64,000 nt of DNA from Zygnema circumcarinatum SAG 698-1b (lineage: Eukaryota > Plantae > Zygnematophyceae), in the NCBI GenBank assembly GCA_037447605.1, contig CM074804.1, forward strand, positions 2,046,001-2,110,000, in the 5' to 3' direction. A program made the position numbers and the translations under genes. Below, one piece after another: positions 24,301-35,100 of the stretch. Under the pieces are notes generated by a model. It ran no database searches and was not told the origin of the DNA. It was given only the letters and a program-made list of their open reading frames with translations. How positions within the stretch are numbered: position 1 is the first letter of the stretch; the number at the start of each line of letters is the position of its first letter.

Positions 24301-26690
24301 CAGCCCTGCTTTCCCCCCATACCCAAACACTATGGCTCAGCTGCAGCTCCATATGTGAGAGCAGCAACGGGGGACCCTGCAGCATGCCCTGATGGCGCAT
24401 GTTTCAGTCTGGCAAGAACATCACCTACGGGAGACTTCATCTTCCAGACTATTTTCTCGCATCAAGTCGTGACGTCGCAGACTTTTCTACCTGGGCTAAA
24501 GAATGGAAGGAGCAATACGAAGGTTCCGAGTTACTATTGCTGACACTGCATGTAAGGAGGTGTCCGATGAGGTGCTTGAGTGAACAACGCGGCAAAAAGA
24601 GAATATGCAATAGGAAACAAATGCAAAATGACAGCGTACTGACAGAGTCTACTGGAACCAATTCCGAGTTGGAAAGTAAATGAAGATCAGCACATGTATA
24701 GGAAGTGGAGGCAGCAATGCAGGGCATGGGCTTACTTTGGGCTCGCGGCGGGTGGGCTCGACCAAGGAGACTCTGCCGCCGGCTTTATTGAAAGCGATTG
24801 CACGGCTCGATCCTCCTCCCCACCCAACACTTGGCCTTGTCCTTCCTCATCTCCTCCGTTTGCGGTGCTTCCAGATATCTGAGCTTCTACGGGACCCCTC
24901 CCCTGCCAAAGAAAGAAAGCATTGGTCGCTTAGGGGGACCTCTCTGAATTTCAGCGAAAAGGGGCGTAGGCAGCTTGAGGATGAACGATCACCAGAGGGA
25001 GGACAGGCGCGGGATGCATGGCATGCGGAAAGAAGAAAGCCAAAAGCACAGTAAATAAGGGGCTGAATAGGCAAGGGAAAGTAGCTGGAAAAAGTGCTCC
25101 TCTCCAGAACCCAGAGGTTTTCTTAGTGGGGGTCAACACTCTCTTTCACAAGTATGGAGAGGGAACAAAGTTTAATGTGTACCAGAGTCGGAGGAGGACG
25201 AGAAGCAGGAAATGCGCGAGCAACAATTGTTCTCGTGCCAAGGACTAGAGAGCAAAATGTCACAACGAATTCACAGTATTTGATAGCAAGATATGTTTAG
25301 AGAAAGGGTTGGAAGGAAGCATAGGGAGGTAAGAAAGCTATTGAAGCTCTATGCACAGGAAGGACACCGAGCAGTTAATCCAGCAAGTAGATTGTTAATC
25401 TACTGCATAAGGGCATGAGAAGCTAGGGCGAGATAATTGACAAAGAAACTGGAAGAGATTGCCCCCATAGGGAACTGAAACACCCCTGCTCCCTGCCAAC
25501 CCGCTGAACCCTTCCGGCTTTGTAGCTGAGCTCACCAAGCTGCTGCCACTCTTCTCTGGCAAAGAGGGCTCCCAGCTGCGCCTCTCCTCAATCGTGCCGA
25601 GAAGCTCCGGCCCGCCCTCTCCCTTCTGCAGATGGTCCGTCCGCCGCTGCCGGTCGACCTCGGCCTCGGCGTGCTGAGCTAACATGAACAGCACCGGGAC
25701 GACCTTATCTTCTAAATCTGGTCTCAACTCTCGCCTGCGTTCAACACACTGCAGTGCCAGTCTCACAACTATGCCTGCTTTATCCTTGGGCCAATTCCCT
25801 GCTGAAGGGTCCAACTTGCTAAGGATATGATCTGCTGCCTTATCCAAGCCCTGACGCCAACGACTGCCGGTCGACGCTTCCAGAACAGTGCGGAAGGCTA
25901 AGCTTACTTCCTCCAGATTGTCACTTGAATCAGCCAGCCTTGCTAAGAGGGCATTCAATACGTCCTGGGAATTTTGGCGTTGTGTACGCATTTCACAGTT
26001 CACAAGAAATGCATGAAGTTCAGCTATGTCAGGAATCCCAGTCATGATTTGCAGGATGACCAGGCCCAAGGCATAAACATCTGACTGCCTAGTCAGCTGC
26101 CCTGTCTCTTGTTGGTGAGGATCAATGTATCCAAATGTTCCACGAATATCGGACACCAAAGTGCACATGTTATTACCATACAACTTCGCAAGTCCCACAT
26201 CTGCCAGCTTGCAGGTATTGTGTCGGTCTAGAAGAACATTCTCTGGTTTCATATCCCGGTGCAGAATATGGCGGAGATGCATGTGAAGTAATCCAGCTGC
26301 CATTTCAGATGCGATGCGGAAACGATCATGCCACATAAGCGGAGGATATGACGAGCCCTTATTTTTTCGATTGAGATGATCGTGCAGACTGCCTCCCGAC
26401 ATGAACTCTGTCACGATGCACATGCGCTCTGCGCATATCCCAATCAGAAGGACAATGTTCGGATGCCGCAGGCGAGTCAGTGTTGACACTTCTCTCAGCA
26501 TGCTCGCTTCTTCACCCTCTAGCTCCTGCGGACGCAAATGCAGTCGCTTCACGGCAATCCTCGTCCCATACAAAAGCCCTTTATAGACGCTGCCGAATCC
26601 TCCCCCACCGATAAAATTACTCTGCGAAAATTTGTCGGTGGCTTTCTCGACTTGCTCAGCAGTGAGCTGCCACAAGTCGGAATTATCCAT
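21322..26690 (-). CDS. Predicted single gene: RLCK-IXb-type Ser/Thr kinase - linker - PH domain - 7x WD40 (~883 aa)
   Basis: Exons (minus strand) 26690-25536, 24902-24736, 24305-24122, 23735-23661, 23515-23468, 23294-23226, 22791-22760, 22243-21322; all phases match (0,2,0,0,0,0,2) and one donor is GC. Kinase: GGGGFGSVY, IAVKRL, HRDMKPENVLL, DVGLAK, GTFGYIDP, LDPSAGNWP...RPDL. PH: RKWGWLLRS...WEKRFIAL...LGCYK...KLHCFSL...LMGAEQDDEAQSWLKYIQQAI. WD40: e.g. HTGSVEALAKGVDGLTWSGSQDGTIKAW. The individual domains are high confidence; their joining into one transcript is moderate. Confidence 0.75.
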
Positions 26691-28148
26691 GACGAGCCAC
26701 TGGAGCTTCTTGAATTACTAGGCATATAGTCCTCACAAGATTAGAAGTAACATATCAATAGAGCCAGAATCCTTGTTGACGACCTGATATCTGAGGAATA
26801 GTGGGCAAGTTACTTGATTGATGGCCGCAGAGATTTCCTGCCAAAGGTAAGAGAACGTGACCCATAAAGTATTGCTCAATTTCAGCATTGCATGAACCAA
26901 TCACTGGCGAATCCTTTCGATAAGGCAACATAGGGCCAAAACATGTTCAAAATCTATTAACTTAAATAAACGACAAAAGATCGAGCATCATTGTGTAACT
27001 GGTGCGTGCAGCTTTACCTGCTTCCATGTACAGCTATCCAGTTTCTTGCGTCAATTCACTCCAATGTAGTATTAACCTATGTGTATGGTTCTCGTTCATG
27101 CGACGTTCTTCACTCATCGTATTTTCTCACCATATTCATTCAAAATCCAGAACGGGTCCTACTTCTCTACGCACAAGGGTACGCCCTTTCTCAATTTAAT
27201 GAACAACGGTCCAAGAAGATGACATTGAAAATAAGAACCCTTAATTTATTAAATTACTTTTATTAAAGTCCTCCGATGATAATGCAAAACACGTGCTGAA
27301 AAGAATGCAAACTAAGCGTGTAATCACCCTCCATCCTAAATATTTTTCCGTTTAACGTATTACTTGTTCAATTATGAAAATTATAGAATGATGACACTGG
27401 CAGTTTGCCTTGAGCAACAGGAAGGAAATTTGACTAGCTGTGAAAGGCGTCCTAATAGCTATTGCGTATGCATAGCCAACTGGAGCTCTCTGTGCTGTGG
27501 CATACCTGAAGTCAACTTCATCCACCTCCGCAAGTGCACAAGTTGATGTGAAGGTTCAAAAGGGCTACGCCAATAGCCCAGGCCTCATGAATTCGAATCT
27601 TCTTATTCAGTCTCCAATCGCATTGTGCAAGAAAGAAAATCGAGAGAAGTGCAGCTCTCCATCACCTCATTCCTTCAACCTTCTGCAGCAGCATGGCCAC
27701 CCTGCCCTGCCCTGCCCTGCCCCGCCCTGCCCCTGCCCTGCAGCACCGCCCCACAGCCTGCCCTCTCGCTTCCTGGAACGGCTCCAGAGCAGCAGCAGGG
27801 AGGGAAATTGCGCCCTCCGCCAAAGTCAAAGCTCTCAGCCGCAGCCGACGCACCTACCATATCGTATCATATCGTATCGACTATTCAAATATTATCGAAA
27901 TTGGTATATCGTATCGTCACGTCGACACACGATACATGCGCTCACCCACATTCCCATGCGAGGGCCAATATCGGCCGCCCGTGAGCACTGCCCGACACGA
28001 TACGATACTGGGCTGCGCCTGCGGACTGGAGGGCGAAGGGCCTAGCCATGGCGGTCGGGCTCAGGAGGACTCAGGCGTGAGGCGAGGCGAGGGGGGGGGA
28101 CTCGCCGACCTGCGTATTTTTGCGTGCATGAAGGGGGGCAAGGGCCGG

Positions 28149-29612
28149 ATGGCTCCTACAATGTTAATGTTCATGCAGCGGACACGGTAAGTGTGGGCTT
28201 TTATTTTTGGGGAGATCAATGCCACATCCTCCTCCTTTTTCAGGCTCGCTGTGCAGTCGCTGCATGGGACGACCGATAGCATTAGTTGTGCTACAGCGGA
28301 TCTCTGTGCGGGGCGCAGGGTGATCGGGGCGGCCGCTCGAAGCTATGGAAGTGCAGCTTCAACAGCTTCATATACCTCTGCAGCGGAGGATAAGCGCCCC
28401 TGGCTGCGACTGACTGGTGGATTGTTGCTGAGTGGAGCGCTGGGAGTAGCCCTGGCAAGCGCTGCAGATGACCTTCTCATATATCGGCAATGCAGTAGGT
28501 CTCATCGTGAACCCTGTAGAGTAACAATAACGATAGGAAGAAAGATCAGAAAATTGGTTTGTTCTAGGTTTTTGATAACCGCAGTAGCTTGTGTGGAGTT
28601 TATTTGTGCAGCATGCGCTGTGTAGTGGTGCTGCTCTGTGCAATTCAAGCCTTTCCGTTGAAGTAGTTGCGTCTCTCCACCTCTCTTCTTACTGAGGTTT
28701 GGCTGCTGTCACATACCGTAGTAACTTGCTAGTACCCTGTTTTTAGTATTAGGATTTTACTAATCCTTCTTTCTTAGCAATAGTGGGCAAGCGGTTTCTG
28801 CAGCCATCCTGGTCCTGGTCGAAGTCACGTTTTCACCTTTTCAGTCGAATTGTTCCCTTCACTATTTTTATATTCCTATGCCGTGAAAAATTGTCGATGG
28901 GATTTTTACACTATAAATTGCATGGTGTGTGCATAGATACCATGCTAACTACAAATGAATGTTTCAAGCTGCAGCGAGGCTAGGGAGAGAGCCCTGAAGA
29001 GCACAAACCTGCAAACAGCCCTTGGAGAGCCTCTGCGCGTGGGCCCGTGGTACACAGCCACCCTGGCCGTTGCGTCGAGCCGGAGATCCGTCTCTATTTC
29101 GCTGCCATTGGAGGGCAGCCGCGGCAGTGGCAGCTTGCACCTCAGAAGCCTGCGAGTGGGAGGTAAGTTCTACTCCTCGCTGCAGCTTGCCTAGCACTTG
29201 TTGGTACGGGAGGTCGCTGTTCCTACAAGATTGGTTTCATGGTGGCGGGAGACAGCATTCATCAATCGTGTGGGGTTCCAACCTTCGTAAGTTTTGTTTT
29301 TGTTTCTTTAAGCTACAAAGCATTCAAAAGTTATGATGTTCGTAAGATAGGTTCCATGGGCCACTGATGAAGAAGGGTTCTGCAGGTGGCGAGAACACTC
29401 TGGTATACAACACATTTGGAAGCGGGCAGTGGACATTGATGACCCTGGAGGCGGTTGTTGAGCACACCGACGCAGCAAGTGAGGGAGGGAAAGTGCAGGC
29501 TGGCCAGAAGCAGAGGCTAGATTTGATGCCTAAAGGCGAGTTACCGAAGCCAGGCGACCTAGGCAGGGGCGAGTGCGGGCCGTGCAGAACAGCTGACCTG
29601 TCTGTGGTTTAA
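28149..29612 (+). CDS. COA1: Plant-type Coa1-family (cytochrome c oxidase assembly) mitochondrial protein, ~235 aa
   Basis: Exons 28149-28186, 28244-28498, 28975-29162, 29386-29612 (708 nt). A TM segment is followed by LLIYRQCSSEARERALKSTNLQTALGEPLRVGPWYTATLAVASSRRSVSISLPLEGSRGSGSLHL, matching the plant Coa1-domain pattern. The start codon is uncertain (28128-28168). Confidence 0.75.
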
Positions 29613-30415
29613 TTTAAGAAGCAGTGCACTCAATAGAACAAGGCATTTGTGTTGGAGCACTTTCCAGCTTGTGAATAATCATGAATAGTGAATCGTGATC
29701 AGTCTTCACACACGTAGCCTGGATGAGTTTGGTGAATGATTGAAGCCTCGTTGCATATTGCTCTGCCTCGTTCATCAGACTGCGCCCTATCTTGAAGATT
29801 GCCAGCAAGGTCTGGAGTGCTTAACAAAAAAGAGAGTGCTACTATATTCAGAGCAAAACAACGCATGGACTCAGTTAGAACACCGCTGAAGCTAAAGATG
29901 AAAAGCTCGAAACTTCAAGTATCGTCGATGACTTGGTGAAAATGCAACTGTTCACATTAGAATTATCTTTGACTTCATTTCACGAGGAAGAGTATCAATG
30001 CGTTAATTGGGCGGGTCTCCTTCATCAACTCTTGTTTCTGGCAGTGGTCACGTGATGCCAAAAAAACCACCTTCCAGTCAATTGCACAACGTTACACACA
30101 TTGCTGTCCACTGGAAACTCTGAAGGCTTGATGGTTTCTGGCAAGCGTGCTGTCAGCAAAGGTGCAAATGTTTTGGAGCAAGCAAACACTTCATTCACTG
30201 ATCCCAATCAGAGAACGGTCTAGGTGAGGGTGAGGGTAGCCCTTAAAGTGGCCAATTTCTTTACAACTTGGTGACGGCCGGACTACATTCTCCTTGAAAG
30301 GCACTGCAGTCCCGTGCGACTAGAAAGAGTTACTTAGCAACTCCAGGCAAAATCAAACTGACAGAAGTAAATCGAGCTCGAAGGATGTATGAAAGAATGG
30401 CGCAAGGGGTACTGG

Positions 30416-31550
30416 TCAAGCCGCTTCAGGATCTCCACCAAGCTCTACCCGAAGGTTGTCATAGGGATATTCTCGAGGAGTCTGCAAGAAAAAAAGCGTC
30501 AACACATAGAAGATCAGCCATCCACACGACACCCCTGCCAGTCCTAGTCTTAGACATGAGGGCGCAAGTATATTTTGTCCAGGCAGTTGGGGTTTCGCTG
30601 TTAGCAAGCCAATGATTTGTCTTTTCTTGTTGTTCACAACATCAAAATGAATCACACTACTTGAGATGATTCAAAGTGCAGGCCAATTCATCACCCGCAC
30701 TGCGTGAGGGATTTTGCAAATGCAACCCTCCTCCCTCTCGTAAACAACCGATGGCTTGCTGCGATACATGCAAATAGTTTCAAATAGACTTCGCATTAGA
30801 CAAGCAGAAGGTCCATACTCAGCATAAATTAAGCAAAGCAATGCTCTGTGTCCAGAAAATGGTTTGGATAAGAGTACATACGAATGGCACTCGCGCTGCC
30901 TTGTTGTTCCATGCTGCCAGTAAGCCTAAAGCTACAAAAATTCCAAGCCCTCCGGCAAGCATGCCAAGACCCCCCAACTGCATATGCAACACGATACTTT
31001 GTCAAATTCTGATCCACTTGGACGGAAGAATCATTGGTGCTAAGTTTTCTCTTATAACTTCGGCGTAGATGAACGCATCCTATGGGTCAACATTATGCAA
31101 TCATGCGAACCGATGAAAACGAGGCCTTTCTCACTTAAGTTTTAGGGAGGGACACAGTAAGAAGTCCGGGCATGAAAGGACAGGTGATGCTGAAAGGTTT
31201 ACATCGCTGATATTTGGTAGAATGTGATCGATTGCCGGTTCTGGATTAGCAGTCCCGTCATCCCAAGTAAGCTCCTCGTTTTCAGGAAGCTGTATCCCAA
31301 GAGAAAAAAACACACGTCTGTTTAAATACGACGACAAAGCTCACCCTTGAAAATACAAACGAAAAGCATGGGGCGCAGTCCGCCCTCTGAGAGGAGAGGG
31401 GAAAAGGCTGACCGGTTTGGAGGGCGGCGGGAGGGTTCCCAGAGGCATGCCTACACCCGCGCGGCCCGCGGCAAGCATGTGCGCAGGAGGATGGCCCGCA
31501 AGACGCCGGCTCAAGCACGCGCCCAGAACGGTGCGCAAAGGACTCGCCAT
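30416..31550 (-). CDS. NDUFB8: NADH dehydrogenase (complex I) subunit B8/ASHI, 128 aa
   Basis: Exons 31550-31413, 31289-31203, 30977-30882, 30481-30416. LPENEELTWDDGTANPEPAID...LAGGLGIFVALGLLAAWNNKAARVPFTPREYPYDNLRVELGG is the plant NDUFB8 signature. Confidence 0.95.
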
Positions 31551-31601
31551 GGCCGCTCCGCTCCGCTCCACTCCGCTCTTTCTCTCCTCCCCTCGCCCTT
31601 G

Positions 31602-31692
31602 CCCTAACCCTAATCCCAACCCTAACCCTAACCCTAACCCTAACCCTAACCCTAACCCTAACCCTAACCCTAATCCTAATCCTAACCCTAAC
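31602..31692. repeat. Interstitial (CCCTAA)n telomere-type array, ~15 units, in the NDUFB8/NRPA1 divergent promoter
   Basis: Direct reading: CCCTAACCCTAATCCCAACCCTAA...CCTAACCCTAA, between the ATGs at 31550 (-) and 31967 (+). Confidence 0.95.
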
Positions 31693-31966
31693 TCTTTTCC
31701 CCCGCTCCAAACCGTACCAATATTCGTACGGTCCATACGGATTAGGGCTCGTACCGTACGGTGCTTCAATACTATACTGAACTGAACGGCGAGACAGGGC
31801 CTCCGCGGCGAAGCGGCGGCGCTCGAGGGCGAGAGAGGGAGGGAAGGGCGGAGGGCGGGGGAGGGAGCGGCTATGGCCGCGCCTGCGTGACTCTCGAGGA
31901 GGCGGCCGGCTGCACGACATAGAGAGGGAGGGAAGGGGCTGAAGCAGCAACGGAAGCAGAAACGCC

Positions 31967-32072
31967 ATGGCCGCTCGCGAGGAGGTACGTGGCGCGATGC
32001 TCGGGTAGAGGACGGGGCTCGCGCCAGCTGGGCAGGGGGGGCGGGGGGGGGGGGGGGGGGGGNNNNNNNNNN

Positions 32073-32112
<40 letters not shown>

Positions 32113-35100
32113 GCAGCCGCGTCTCAATTAAGGGCGGGGAGGGCGTGCAAGGTGCAGGTGACGGTGAAGGTGGTGGCGGGCGTGGCCTTTGGAGTGTTCC
32201 ACGCGGAGGAGGTCCGCGCTATCAGCGTGAAGCGCATCACCAGCCACATCATGTTTGATAATATGCAGAACCCCGTGCGAGGGGGGCTTTACGACCCCGC
32301 GCTGGGGCCCATGGACGTCAAGGATATGTGAGCGGATTCAGGATGTTGTGTAATTTTGGAACCACTTGCACATGAGTGGTTCTTGTTAGCTTATCTAAAG
32401 TATGAACGTGAATGGTGCTTTACAGAGATTTTTTTTTTTTCTGCGAAAGAGCAAAAACCAAAAGGACATTAGAGAAATTTAAGTAAACGAGGAAACTCTG
32501 CTAACGAAAGGCATGAGAATACGTGTCCGGGATGCAGTTGTGAGACCTGCCGGCTTTCATATGCTCACTGCCCCGGTCATTTCGGACACATTGACCTCGC
32601 GCTGCCGGTGTACAATCCGATGCTGTTCCCGGTTCTCTACAAGCTCTTGCGCTGTATTTGCCTCAGCTGTCACCGCTTCAAAATGGCTGCAGCGCAGGTC
32701 ATCCAAAAACAGCCCGCCTTTTGCCCCTCTGCCTCTTCTAGGATTGGGCCTCTCTGATCAAATTGCTGGAAGTAGTGTTTACTGAACTATTGCTGGCTCT
32801 TTCAGTCACTAACCATACTTGGTCTTACAAAAGGGCTCATGTTTTGTACCAGACACATTTAAGCTGACACTCAAGTAAGAATGAAACTAGGACGCGAGGC
32901 AAGTGTTATGACACGTGGGACTCCTGCCTGACGTAGTTTATTTATATTTTAGTCAGCCGAAGTAACTCTATAACGTTTCTCAAGGAAGGAAGTGCATAAT
33001 TCTCACTTTACACGGTACAAGGGGGCAAGGACTGGTGAAAACATGCCATGACACATGGTCACATGGTCACATGGTCTTAGTACCCATTGTATTCTTTTAT
33101 ATGTGTTGTTAAGGTTCCGTTTTGAGAACTTTATAACTCCATTTAGGAAACTTGGCCATTTCGCTTGTCTTGAGACCAGGTTCTTGCGACCTTGCGACCT
33201 GCCGTCTCTTCACTGCTCCATTTTTTCCTGAGTTTTGTTCGATAAAAACAGTCAAAGTAGTCTGTTAATCAAGCTTCTTTTGTTTGGTTTTATTTGAAAG
33301 GTAGATTCGATCCCCACTTTCAATGCCTGTTTCATGGATTTAACGTACGCTGTTGCTGATGCTACAGGTGGAATATCACAAGCGAAAGCTTCAGCTGGTG
33401 TTACAAGGAGCGCTTGTGGAGGCATTGGCAATTGCAGCACCCAAGGTGGCTCAAGAGGGCCGTGAAGCGAAGGAAGAAGAGGGCATAGACCTTGGACTTG
33501 ACTCGGAGGAAGAAATGCAAGTGCAAGAGCCGCTGGTGGTCCAAAAGGGCGAGACAAAGTTGACAACGCATGCGGTTGCAGCAGCTGCGAATGTTATTCG
33601 CGACTTTATTTCGAGCATGCCGAAAGAGAAATGTGGAAATTGTCAGGCACTGAATCCAAGTCTGCGTAGAGACGGACACGCCAAACTGTTCTTGGTGCGC
33701 CCGCCTGTGACCTTGGCGTGTAGGTTTCTGTGGAGGTGTTTGAATTATTGACTGCTCTGAGGCAGGGGTGTTTAAGTGACCTCTTGGATTTTCAATACTT
33801 GTGACGCAGATACCCCTGTCCGCCCGGAAGGAGGAGCGAAATGCTCGCCAAGGAGTACGGTTTCCGAATGTTTTATCAGAAGCAAGAGGTGACACAATCC
33901 TAACAGAAGAAAAGCAGACGGTTGTGGAGGTGGGGAAGAAGGATGACGGCACGGTCCAACATACATCCAACAGTTCGATTTTTGTGAGCGCAGCCGAGGT
34001 GAGCATCTTGCGCTTACAGTCAGCAGCTGTTGGAGGAATCGCATGCCTGACCAGAAATTAGGAAGTTCTGCTTCTTCGGACATGTTACCCAAACTCGTCA
34101 GTAGTGCTTCTTGAATTTGCTCTGTTTTTGCACACTAAAGCACAAAGTTTAACTGGCAGTATGAGCGTCCCCATTAACAGGATTGCATATGAACTTCTCA
34201 AAGGAGGGGGTTTTTGTTGTTATTGGTGTCACTGCTGCGAATTTGTCTGCTGGGCATCACCTATACTCCATCGTCTCATGAATCTTCAGTGTCTTTATTC
34301 AGCATGACACTTGGATTCTTGAGCATCACTGTCTGGTCCCATGCCTCGAACAGCTTAGTTTGAGTCTTTCGAGATTTTCCCACTGCAAGATAGGAAGGCC
34401 TTTATCTTCTTTCTGGTTGGCTGAAGGGTGCATGTCTTAACTGTGAGGCAGCTGATGTGAAGAGAGAGGCGGCAACAGGTGGAGGAGCACTTGAAGAGGT
34501 TGTGGACCAATGAAGGAGAGGTGTGCGACCTTGTGTGGGGAAACAAACTGGAGTCGCAGCAGTGGAGCGGCCATGCCGCCTTCTTTCTGCATGCGGTTCT
34601 AGTCACTCCCAATCGCTTCCGCCCGACTAACAAGCTCGGTGACAAGGTAAGCATCTACGGAGAGCACAGACATCCTGTAAAGTCTCATCGGGCAAATGAT
34701 CTATAACAAGGAGTAGAAGACTTATCAGAATAGCTTCAGACGCTCGCCTTTCATTTGGGAGAACAAATGTGGTTCATGGCAGGAGTGCGTGCTAGTAGCC
34801 ATAGACATCAACAATCCCATTTCGTTTAATTCAATCCGTGAGAGCTCTATTGAAGGATGAAGGCAAACAAACTGAGTTTTTACTTGACTTGGAAAGGATA
34901 CAGGACCCGATGCCGAGCCACAGGTTCTTCTGACAACTTATTCAGTTATTGTTTCGTCATATCCTAGATGTGTACCTCAGCTTAGTGTTGGTATACCGGC
35001 TGCCCGAATGTAGGTAGTCCTTACGGGGTTGTGAAGGCAGTATTCTTGATGGTAAAACCACCTCTCTGCAGGGGCCCTAGAAGCGTGAGGGCATGCTTCG

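Noticed and set aside
31282-32127. ORFs with poly-P, poly-RV, poly-LG and poly-PN runs
   Set aside because: Caused by the poly-G tract and the (CCCTAA)n array; the real genes here are NDUFB8 and NRPA1.
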